A DNA stretch of 64,000 nt from positions 4,340,001 to 4,404,000 of the forward strand of contig NC_134028.1 of the NCBI RefSeq assembly GCF_964204645.1, in the 5' to 3' direction. Positions 51,474 through 64,000 of the stretch are shown piece by piece. The position numbers and the translations under genes were made by a program. The notes beneath the pieces are model-generated. The model worked only from the letters and a program-made list of their open reading frames with translations. It was not told the origin of the DNA and ran no database searches. Every line of letters starts with the position of its first letter. Within the stretch, counting starts at the first letter, position 1. The stretch comes from Tubulanus polymorphus (taxonomy: Eukaryota; Animalia; Nemertea).

Positions 51474-54400
51474 TTTTTTTTTCAGCAGTGGTTTTGGGAT
51501 GGTGAATTCGACAATTTCGGACAAATAGGTCATATATCTTTGCAGCGGAGCAGCATACGACACGGTCTTAATCTGAACCTATGACATTTCGGTAAATGTC
51601 ACTTGGAGACTAAGATTATTACCTATATCCACGTGAGATCCTATAAACCACAGGTGTAATTTCCTCGATAGAACGAGTCATCAAAGAATGCATTTATTAC
51701 AGCGTACAACATAGATCGGAAGTGTTGAATAGGAAGATCTGCTTTTGCAGACGGCGTTCAAAAATGGTCGTAGATATTATGAATTCGGCCTCAATCGTAT
51801 CTCCGTATTGTCGGAGCGTGCGTTTCGTCGTTTATCGTGTTTTGATGGCTTTGTAGTAGATTTCGCCCATTGTTTCACAATTGAAAATAGCCTCTTATTC
51901 GCGATGAAAATATATCGTGTTGTCGACTGATTCATCTGAAATGTCAAAGCTACGGATTAATTTGAGTTGCGACTGGCCGCAGTTACCACTAGCCGTGGGC
52001 AGCAATTACCATTTCCCATGTAATTATTATTTGCCCGTTTATCTCGAATTATAGACCTTATGTCGACTACAAGACAAAATTTCCTTTTAAAATCTGGTTT
52101 CTCTCTTCATAAAATGATGGGAAAGTGGTATTCAAATTACGCCTTAAAGCTAAAATACTCAGGAGACAAGGAATCGTTGTACGTATCGAGCACCTGATCG
52201 AGCACCTGACGAGGTCTCTTCAGTAGTTGGTCGAATAACCTCAATAACATCAGATATAAACCTGTAGAGTTAATAAGCGACGATAAATAATTACAGGCTG
52301 AATCAGACATATCGCATTTCATACAAAGGTTAAACACAAGTCATCGTGTTTTCGTTGAATATTTATGTGTCGCCCAGATTGAGACATCTCCCACGAGCCT
52401 TCATGACAGAATTAAGGCATCCTTATACGCAGACAAATAGTTCTATCATGTCCCTAATGACCATCCGATGAGACGTATAAATACATAAATAGCTTTATTG
52501 ACGGTTGACGTCATTGCGTTATGCATCCATTCAAGATTTATTCAAAATTAATTCACTCGCCGTGACTGGCCTCAAATCGCTTTGGTCATCCGGTTTTTAC
52601 CGTTTTGTACACACAACATGTTTACAAAGAAATTACCATATTGTTTTTTCCGAAATAGATAAGGAAATATTTCCTAATAATATAATGAAATCAGGCGATG
52701 ATTGATCGTATAGGCTCGAATTTAACGTGCGTCAGCGAATCCAATAGAAAGGTTGATAGACTTCGTTAGATATCATAAAATGTCGAAGAAAAATTTATAT
52801 GTTAAACGTGCTTTTCACGAAGTCTGTATCTGGTTCGCTAACCACGGATGACTTTACATCAATGAGTCGAACCGGTCTAAGATTCACGATCTAAAACAGG
52901 GAAGCTGAAAAACTGCGAAGAGCTTCAAGTTTGTCCTACTTTTGATTTTCATTAGTGATTTAGTTAACGCACATTTTTTCTAATCTATAATCAAATTATT
53001 CGGTGTCTGCGCGTACAGTCCTCGCGCCGTGTTAAAATCGATTCCGGCCGCAAGAAAATGCGGGATGTTTCATGTTACGAACGTGCTCCTACAATCTGCA
53101 GCTCGATGCGCATCACGGCGAATCTTGACGTTGATAATATCCGTAGTAAACCGACATTTGGTTTTTCCGTCGCTGTCAAACTGATTTCATCGTGTGCCCC
53201 ATCAACGGACTAATTCCACGTCTTCCGGCCGCGCCTTTCGGCCTGGGAAGATATGATAAGATATACATACACCTCTAAGATTCGAAAACCTAATAAACGC
53301 TACGCTATTGATCTTAAAATAGGGATTGTCCCCATTGTTTATTTATCTGGCTGGTAAATTTTGTTTGATTTTTCGATTGAGTGTCCCTTACAGACCCACC
53401 ACACCTGCCGGGAGCGAAATGGCACCCCGGAGTGATGATGAAATTCTCAACCCTCGTGTGAAATAGATCTTGACATCCACCGAGCCTCGTATATACATGC
53501 TTTCATTGAAGGAAACGAATTTCACAAACATTGTAGTTAGACCTTTGAAATATCACGGTCCGTCGAAGTTTCCGTATACAAAATATTTCCATTGCTATCG
53601 ACAAGGAGTCGGATTCATGGAAATAAATTTACTAAGGAACTCGAGCAAGAAACTGGACGTAGCAAGGTATCACGGATATGGCTGTATAGAACCCTATAAA
53701 AAAAGCTCACATGTACATGAGATAATAATATCGAGACAATGTTAGTTTTTTGCCTCGAAACAAGAAAAAACATATCGTAAACAATATTCCAGACACGTCT
53801 CGCAATAGTTTAGAACCAGCTGATCAATATCCATCTCTCCATTTATATCTTTTTGATTGGTAGCACGTTCGGAAATAAGCATCGTAAGAAGCGTCGCCGG
53901 CGTTTACGACCAGTAACAACGCACACGACCATTGTCATTGCATAGCGTCCACTCTATCCAGCAAAATTTATATACTTGTATATACAAACAGTCCAGTTGG
54001 CGATATCTCTCGTGTAGCGCAGCGTTAAGATATTCATAACAAACTACCGCTGAAATTAATATCGGCTACGTGACCTTTCACTCCAAAGTCGAACCTACCT
54101 CTCAGCACAATTCGTTGTTCGGGCCTACAGATGAAATGTCAACCCGGATCAAGATTCACTAAACATCATGATTCATTGTTATTTGACGATGCGTCTGTTA
54201 TTTGATGATCGTTTGATGTTTCGGATGAAATTGCTGAAGCACTCGAGCTATTGCGTGCGCAGTTCAAAGAGAACGGTAACCGATGAAATCTTATTCGGTT
54301 TCTTTGCGTGCGAATAGTGCAGCGAACGATACGTTCCAGAAAATGGACTAAATATTTTTATATCGATTTATGTTACTTTTCAAATTTCCTAAGCCTTTTT

Positions 54401-57400
54401 CGTGGTGTTTTTCATTCTGAAATATCAACCAGTTTTTCGAGTTTAACGCCTCGGTAATAGATACGTGCCGCGTCATTTACTCGATTTGTTTTTTACCTGA
54501 CCACAACTTAATTGCTTCGACAGCTGAAATAACAGCATAACACGGCCATTGGATGAGATCGAATAACTGAACGTGCTGTAAATCATGGATTACGGTGGAT
54601 TCAGCGACGTGATCCGCAACAGTTTTCTGTGTATATAGCGTTGGACGTGGACAGCGCTTTCTTCCTAGTCATTTCGATTGCTTGCTCTTGTTTCGTCGTT
54701 TCAGTAGGTAACAAATCACCCCCGTGGGATCCATTTCATATGACGACAGACTGATCCCCAGGTGCTGTCGCGGCGTTGTTGACTGACGCGAGTAAAGCAG
54801 CTTTTTGCCATCCCCCGATACGCCATTATCACCGTAGGTATAGCTAATAAGTGATAGATGTACGAAACCCTTGCTAGGGTCGCTCGGAAATACGGAAAGT
54901 CAAGCCGTAAATTCTCTGTTGACACCGGGTACACAAACTATGTACACAAAAACCTGTCACGACATCCGCCTGCAAACGATGCCAAAAAGGCTAACCGATA
55001 CATGAACCATTGACGAGACTGATTTTAAGAAGATTTACTAGAAAGCTGTAATGCATATTTCATTGGATCTTCGACTAACCTTTAAAGCTTTAAGGTCAAC
55101 TGATGGATGATTGGAATCACTGGGCAATGGAGGGTCACTCGGGTCAAATGCAACCCCCAGCTATGACAGTTTGAATGCCAGTAAAGTTGAAATTAAGAGA
55201 AATATGCCGTGGCGCTTGTCAGTCGAAGTGGCTATTACCAGGAAGGAATGTGGCTGTGTTATTATAGGCAATAATATCAACAAGATGCAAATACCGATCA
55301 CAAAATGCAACTTGCATAACGTCATTTCAGATACTTCGTAATGAATATTGAGCCTACAGCCAGTTTAGCAATTTTTGCTTTTGCGTCACAGAACCATGTC
55401 CGAAATGAATGAACGAATATCCTTAGATTAGTCAGCCAGACATCAAATAGCAATACGTATCAATGTACATCGGTTTAAAGCTGAAGTCTGTAGTGTCGTC
55501 GTATTGTAGAAATTCTGCCCATTAAGGAATTTTAACCAACGCGAAATATTTCTGACTTGTGAAATCAGTAAATGGATGCATTTGTTTCAGTTTCACCGGT
55601 TTCGGGTTTCTAATGAATGAAGTCCCCCTAACGAGCTTTGCACTCAGTAAGACGAATCTTTCAAAAGAATCACTTGCAACCAAGATGTGTATCGACTTGA
55701 TTCACTGTAATATTTCAAGGTGTTTATTTTCAAGGTGTCGTAAGGACACAGATCCCGCGGGTTCGCGCTGTTTATAAACCACTTGTTGAAAAGGTTATCT
55801 GCAATAAGCAGAACTCTCTGGGATAAAGACGACACCAGTTAATTAGCCTGAATATGTATAACTAGGTTTTAACCAATCTGGACTTGAGCTGATAGAATAA
55901 AGTCATCAAAATTAATCTAGTCGATTACGAGTTTCCAATGATAGTCGATGACTGCTGGTGTGTTAAGTATACACAGTCTACAACCACGTGGAATTGCTCT
56001 ATCAATTAATTCGCGCTAATGATTCTATTAAAACGGGCGCTAGCTGTTTAAATCGGAATTCCAGAATAGAAAGATTCGCGTCGATCGAGATGATGCACCT
56101 CGACGCGCTTATCTTTACGATTATCATCAGCAACACGAGCGGCGTCAGTTCTATTCTGCTGAAACTAATTTTACGCACGGCTGAGTTTTTTTTCAAATCG
56201 ACGGAGCGGCGTTTCGTAGAATTCTATAACGATCGCTGCTGATGATGCAAAACTTGCGGAAATCACGTTTGAAATTAATGTTGTTTTTTTTTCGCGCTTA
56301 TCTTCACGTTTTCGAATCATCGACAAACCCTGTGAATCATCGGTTGAAATCATTAAAAAAAGAATGAGCGGTATTGATGTTTCTAAACTGAAGAAATACT
56401 GCCCACACACACGCGCGCGACACATCGCCTTACAGAGCTTAATTCATAATTCGCAAACAACTTTCTGCATCGGTGTGCGCTTGAGATGAATATTGAAAGT
56501 TAATCGGGCCTATAACTTAATCGGGCATCAGAGACACGCGGGTAGAAATTTGTGTTTGATGTCGAAAGCTGTCGATTCTATGCGTGGTATGAAAACATCA
56601 ATCCGTGTATTATTCCATAACGATATTTTCTAGCCCGTTGTTCACAATATTGATATAAATTGGTTACGTTCGAGCTAAAACAGAAAGGGCTTTTTGGTGT
56701 TCGTAGTCTAACTATATTTAGTATCTAAAACCTGTAGAAACTATAGCGATGCGTAAGATCGTGCACATGGCGTGTATCGCAAGTCAAGTATAGAGCGAAA
56801 CACGGCACAACCATTTTTGGGCCTCGGAAAATACGATGACACAGGTCCAAGATGTTAATGGCGATGAAAGTAAACAGGTAGCTCTCTGGCACATTGGACT
56901 ACTGGATTATAACGACTTTAGCTGTTCCTCGTTCTGCATATTAAAGAGTAAAAAGATAAGCCGCTTAAAACCGTGACTGGTAAATACAACCTTCATTACA
57001 CTGGCAATGATGACAGGCAACTCGCTTTATAAGCCGAGGTTCTTCAGTTTATTTTACGTGTACAAGATAAGAGACTGTGATCCATCATAATGAGATACAT
57101 CCTGTGATAATGTATGATTTACATGTGAAAGCAATGAGAACCCTATCAATGTCGGCTGGTCTTCCGGCAGGGAACGATGCCCAGTTATCAATCAGTGATA
57201 CAATATTGCCGATGGCCTTTTCTTCAAACTTCGGAGGTCGAGTCCTTCCTTGACTTGTGCGGGAACACGGTGAATCAGATCGCAGGGGGCCGTATCCGAA
57301 GCCAAATAACTTTGAAGAACAACACGCAAAACCAACTACACATTACGTAAAACCTACCTCTTTGAATATTTTCAGATTTTATTCCAAATCTTGCATTCCT

Positions 57401-60400
57401 GGTTAATTTTTCAGCTGATGGTTCACCGACATTCACCAGAGCTTGATAGAACTCATCGCTCACCGGTCCAACGACGTCCTGACTCTTTATGTCATCTCCG
57501 GTTCCGGCGTAGTTTATGTATTCTTTCATTGTTTTATGACTCCAAATCGAAACCTGTTGCAGTGCGCGCAGTAATTTTGTTCTCTATATTTCTATCGGTT
57601 ATTTATGGCTATAATTTACTCGTCCGGTCATCTTCTAAATGTACGTCCACGATACCCTCTGAATACCCCGTTAAAACTGCCGATTTTTACTCGCCACTGG
57701 TGCAGCTCGGTGCCTGCGATGGACACGAATGCCTCTCGATCCTATCTTCTGTACCCCGCACTTATAAATGTCAACGGTCCGGCGTAACAAAACACGCGGC
57801 TCATTCGTGATGTCTGCAATTACATTCAAAAACGTCTCGACACAGATGAGACTGGGATGAAATTCTAGATGCCTTCAATCGATCGACGCAGTCTAATCCT
57901 CGTTTATTTACGTACGAAGGTAGGAAACTAGAAACAACAATTATTTTCGTATCAGATGATGGCTTTAACTGCTCTTAACAGCTTTTTATACAAGAACAAC
58001 GATATCCATTTCATGCCGTAAGGAAAGAAATGCATGCGACGTTTTTTGTTTGGTCCCGATCCGAAGAGTCAACTTAAAGATAAAATGCAACACGACGAAA
58101 TGAAGTTCTCGGATATATCTCGTCCAACGCTTTTAAAGGTCACAATTTAAAGTTTTGTGTCGCGAAATTTGAAAATGAACGCCAACAGTCCTCTTTCTCT
58201 ATTCAGAAATGTTGTATCTAATCGGTGTCATCAATAATAGTAAAACCGTGTACGTAAAACCAATAGCTGTTCTCGAGTTTCTGTTATACGCAGACAATTG
58301 GATCTCCCTCAGGATAACGCCTTCATCAAATGCAAAGCCCCTTGTAACGCAGAGTAAATAGAAGCTAACACCAATCTTGATCAGCTAGTTACAAAACACC
58401 AGCGAATTCCTCGTCGTATATGACGATGCAGTCGTAAGCATCGGAACTTGTACCTCGTAACTGCCCTGGTAAACACTGTTCAGCAAATTCTTGACTCGCT
58501 TCCAAACTGTCCCCTTCGTCGCTCACCCGTTTGCAACAAGTCCTTTCGAATCGTTTAGCGGTTAGAGCGAAGTTGTCTAGCTAACAGACGATGCGACTGT
58601 CTCTCGGCGTAAACGCCATCTAGACGTCGCCCATGAAATGTTTGCCGTATAGATCCATTGAACGATTTGTCAAGTGAGGATTTGAGTGGCTTTCCGTGTC
58701 AAGTTGAGGAAGCTGTTTACCCAAACAGTGTTAATACTCACCGAGTCACATCATCGGTTATACCTTCATGGTGATAGATAGCGTGTTGTATCCCCTGTAG
58801 TTTTACGTGGAAAAAATATCGCAGAGCTGAAACGATTTCAGATGTGAGTTCTAGTGATACATTACGCGAGTGTATCCGGGTTTATGTGCGTACAATGACT
58901 CCCTAAAATCATTGGTTTTGTAACACGATTCCGCGATGGCGAAAGGCATCATTACAATTGATTCGGTCGAGGCGAAACACGTCGTATTTGCCCCGCAATA
59001 AAACCGCGCGTACGCGCATAAAAATCGCTGGTTCAAGTTAAAAGCAAATATTTTCAATCAATTCCTGAAAGTATAACGCCCTTACCGCACGCATCTGCGA
59101 TAGAAAAACAACCAAAATCAGAATGTGAGGTCTCGATACGACAATCCGCTCGCTCGGTCGAATTCACGAATCAAAATAGAAAAATCTAAACGAAAAGATA
59201 ACTATCAAAGGTTTTTGCTTCTGGCGAAATTCCAGCTTTATCTTCAAAGTAACGATAAACGCCTCTGCCAACGTAATCCATATATAGAATTGCTATTTAT
59301 GAAAAAGACGACAGTGAGACATTTAAGGTCATTTCGCGATCGATCAAACAACGATGATATCAGCGTTTATTTCAAATTCTTCAAAAGAAATAGCGCTGTA
59401 TGAAAATAAATCGTGCGTCCCGACCACAAATTCTGAACATCTCGACATAAATGTGACTTAATTCGATTTAAACAGCGCCGAAACCTCATGAAACGATAGC
59501 ATGCGAAACTTTTCCTGAATGCCAGTTGTAGCGAAAGTGGAAAAAAGTTCACGTTTGCACCGAGAATCAATGTCGATATCAAAATTAACGGCGCAAGTTT
59601 TAATTTCTCGTGAACGCGGCGGCGCGATATCTAACCGAGCGCGATACTCGTGAATCAAGCAATCTACGAAATGAACTCCACACAACGGTTTCCAATTATC
59701 CTCCGATCAAATTTCTTAACGATCAATTTCTATCAAGCGACAAGAGATTTAGCGGCGGTTGAATTGATGAAAGTATCTGTTAACAGAGATAGAGACGCGT
59801 ACCACACGACTGTATATCAAGATAATATATTCTCTAGATTTTCGTGATTCAGATGGAGATAATGAAATAGATGAGTTATATAGGAAGCTTTAGATGGCGC
59901 AAAAACCGTGAATGTTCCGATGAATCAATTAGTATTTTAGGGTATCATTATATCGGTAAGCGCTAAAATCGAATCAGCGTCCATAAAAATCTGATCAAAA
60001 ACCAAACTTTCAAAATGAAGAATTCGTAAAAACCGAAGCCCTACAATAGGTCTTACTTCACGCGCATTAATCTGTCATAATGTTTAATTCAAACTCTGCG
60101 AATTGAATGGAAAATCGATGATGGGGATTTTCTCCTTTCTCGCTCTGTCGCCCTTTCGATGACGCAGATAGGACAAAAATCCGATGAAATTAGGCCTACG
60201 TCACGACCTCGCACCCGGCTAAGCTTTGATTAATGTTGAAGAGAAAAGAGTATCAATTTGTCAACTTCGTACATCACGTCGGTTCCTGTGACAGACAGCG
60301 CCACTGCCGTGTCGCCTGCACCATCATCGTGTATATCTCGTTTCTGCTAATCATTGGTTTTCGTTTACGACGTTGTTAGACTAGAAATGTGATGATTACT

Positions 60401-63400
60401 GTAAGATTTGTTGACGATATTTACCAGACTACGGTCGGTCGTTCGGGTTTGTCGATGCGCCAAACAGTTCCAATTAGTGAAATCAGTTGTCCGGCGAGGT
60501 GCCTTTGTTCGGGGTCGCTGGAGCTAAGTATCAGTTCAGACAGCTCAGTCGGTGAATATTACAGAAACATCTTCTCACTACTGTTATCGATTAACTGATG
60601 ATATTCGGTATTGGCCAAATAGCTAACCATAATAACCCGTTCTAAACTGATTAAACATTGTGTTGGTTCATCGAGTGAGCAATCATTGAGATGATTGCTC
60701 GTAGGTTCATCGAACGAGTGAAAAAACTCATTTTACATTCTATTCAACATAACATCTTATCAAAGAGTATCGATAAAACCCATGTCAGCAAATAGAAGGG
60801 AAGATAATGTTGAAAAATGCCGTGTGAAACCATATCTCCCCGGACCCAGCTCCACAGCTGTGAGTTAGTACTTACTCTCGAGTTCATTTTTGATGGTTTT
60901 ACTCTCCGAGTCTTAACTAAGCAAATGAAGACCCGAATCCGAGATTCAACCGATTCTAGCGAATCCTTGCGGCATGAAGAAAACCTGATTTTCTTTAACG
61001 AAATATCACTCAACAAATACCATTAGAGAAGTTGCCGTCTGGCAGACTTCATATTCGTTTCCGTGTACGTCAAAAAGGATATGTTTACACATGTTCTTTT
61101 TTCATCAACCGGCAATTCCCTCCGATATACAGAATGATGTACAATTTCTACCAACTTCATCTTGACAAACCTCAGACAAAAGTCAACCCACTACACAAAC
61201 AAAGCATGTGAAAAAATAACACCGCCCTAAAAGGCACATGGATAATCTCATCGGCATCTTATCACTCCAAAAAAACATAGGTTGCTTTTCAGTTACTGTA
61301 CTGAGACACGTTATGAATATTTTAGTCGCACAATGACACCAGGAGGTAATATGATATTCTGCTGTCTTGACAAAGGCTGTACGAGCAGAGTCGAATTTCT
61401 GCCTGAAACATATTTGTTCTGCGATCGAAAATCATCCGGTTATAAATACAACCCCAAAGCATCGGTTACCGCTTGTTTAATTGGTTTTGTTTCAGCGTAT
61501 TAGGCTTCGTGTTTGAACAACACATCAAAATAGAATGCGTATGAAAATATGATAATCAGCCTATTGCGCTGGAAGATTTTATAGAATAAACATTCGTCCA
61601 TATGTTCAATTAATCTCGCTAATAAAGATATTTACTGAATCTATTCCACACAATCCGATCATTTCTTTCATGTTCGTATGTTGTGATATATGTTACAATT
61701 AACCCCAGTAATGTTTCACACGGTAAAGCACTCCGAATCTATCGGAGATTAAGAACATGACGTCATACTGGCCGTCTACTGATTTGAAGTCACAGTATGT
61801 GAACTCTACGCATAACGTCGGCGGGAAACCTCGGAAGCGTACTGGTAATCAGACTGAATTAGACTAATATTCAATCCATGGACTCTAAAATGTTCTTCGT
61901 TTGAGTCCATGTTCAGTCTGATTACTCCAAGATTACTCCAAGCTGCATCTATATAAGACCGCTTGCATTTATGAACGTAGGACGTTTCCACGCCGTGGTC
62001 GTTACTAGCCCGAGGATGATTTAATCATGTAGATATATGCTTACTTGACAAGCGGTTTATCGTCAAAAGTGATGATGCAGCTTTGTGTATTAAGATTAGT
62101 CTATATAAGCTTGTGAAATGTGATAAAGATAAAAACCAGTGTGTCATCAATATTTCATGCTACGAAAGAGGCGTGGATGTTCGCTGTCATATAGATCAAA
62201 ACACAGCCCGGAGCTCACATACAAATAAATATAAGCACACCATCCTACTGATCATCAGCTATAAAATAGCACATCGCGATCAAGAAACCTCTATCGTTAT
62301 TGTTCCGCACGACATTAATCTATTAACAATGATTTCTACCAACTTCGTTTCTCCTGGTGGTTTCTGTGATCAATTACATGTATGCATTAAATATGAACTA
62401 GTGGGATGCGTCATATTTGACGCCAGGTTCAAGCAGTAAAATGTCACAGTTCACTGCTGTCTTACGTACAATACGACGCGACTGAGCAACGCGTGTGATC
62501 TGGATAAGATCACCGAAAAAGATTTGACAATCTCACGATTAGAAAGATATAATCTATAAGGGTGGTACGGTTTATGGCTATATATCTCCTTCGTGGAACC
62601 TCTTATAACGTTTTATCTCTGAGCCGTCGCAAAGATCTAGGGCATGTCATTAAATTAATTAAGGACAAAAGTGGTGCTCATGCATAAGATAAATCTCATT
62701 TCCGCTTACAAAATGGGTGTATGGCTTCACGGTGTTTTTGTTGGCACGAATGAACACTTTTATGGCACTTATTCGAGTCACCCGAGAATGTCCCTTGATT
62801 CAAGATTTCGGAAACAAAAAATAACTGTTACTTGTTAAGGATTCTATTCTGCACGCATTCGGTTTCCTAAGACCGTCATTTCATAAAGTTGATTTCACCC
62901 TTAGACAGGAAGGGGTCCATGGGAAATTGTGATATCCCAGCGGCGTGTGTAGATGTAAACTCGTGATATCGTTGTTATTCAACACGTGGTTGCAGTTCAT
63001 CAATCACAGCACGGAAAACGACTACAGTATATCACTTCACGTAATACGTACTGTCCCCTCAAGAGGCTGTCAGCCGCTCGGAAAAACCGATGTGACTCGC
63101 GTCGACATTACACTGTAGAACTCGGTGATAAAGACACATTGCCTATAACAAACCCCCGCATCCATCAAACAACAGCCAGAAAGATTCGCCTCTGACACAC
63201 GTCACGAAATACGTATCGTATTAATACAAACGTACGGCGTCGTAAAATTAGTTTTTCACAGTGAATAAACTCGACGATAATTAACGTACGTGAGACACAG
63301 CAGAAATAATATAGCAAAATTTGTGTGAGTTTCACGCGACGAACGGCAGCAACAGAACATGACGACAGGTTCTTCTTCGGTCTATACACAGCGTTTCAGT

Positions 63401-64000
63401 GCCTTAATATTTTAAGTGTAGAGCCTAGCACACTGGGTCCCTCGTAACCACACGAAATTTAAATGATCGATTACTCATTATATTGTAATGATTGTTTTGC
63501 GTAACGGTTATCAAAAATGAATATTATTAATGTTATCATCATTATTAGGTTGTAAGATCGGTTTAACCGGACTGTCCCGCTACTGGTTGTGTAAGCCTTG
63601 TTGCAGATGTTCAGACATCGGAACGCCAATTAACCAGCTAATCTTCTTATATCTTCATAACTGATATAATTTACGTTATTCAATGAGGGAGAATATTACA
63701 TTAACGGCCGGACATCTCGGCCTTACACAAACACTAATAATCTTCCATCCAATTGTGCGTGTCTTCCTCATCGATTTGTCCTTTTTTACGACCGCGATGA
63801 AAACGGCAATTCGATTCGCTTCCTGCGTTGATTTTATAATCCCTCTAGTTTTTGTCGCTCTCTTGTCTCATCATGAATTCATGTGCATGTTTATTTATAT
63901 ACACGGACAGCAGCGCAATCGGAATAAATACATAACATTGTTAGCATTCATTTAGGATGACGGGGTTGGTTTTCGCTTCCGCCAATGTCAGACGAAAACG

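Noticed and set aside
56238-56272. CTGATGA-TGCAA...TTGCG-GAAA hammerhead-like match
   Set aside because: No valid stem III, cleavage triplet or stem I.

Overview
Eukaryotic genomic DNA, probably from an invertebrate animal: AT-rich, GT-AG introns, CpG not visibly depleted. Most of the window is one minus-strand gene, a synaptotagmin-15-like protein (N-terminal TM helix, linker, C2A, C2B). I reconstructed 8 coding exons with fully consistent splice phases (46179-46236, 45798-45999, 14966-15117, 1795-2005, 1463-1556, 907-1077, 329-449, 61-243); the last exon(s) lie beyond the left edge. Two introns are very large (~30.7 kb and ~13 kb). The larger holds a 5'-truncated but otherwise intact non-LTR retrotransposon (APE-RT-Cys/His ORF2) and two different 32-bp tandem arrays; several MITE families and LINE tail remnants are scattered through the introns. 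The most unusual feature is a pair of fold-back elements whose arms are minimal Penelope-type hammerhead ribozyme motifs. In one (22789-23361) a deleted hammerhead core has been amplified into a 13.5 x 32-bp satellite between the two inverted ribozyme arms. The 46.3-64 kb region is mostly non-coding, with a (TA)n microsatellite and a few weak pseudogene-like fragments. Most short ORFs in the supplied track appear spurious. All calls were made by eye; no database searches were run.
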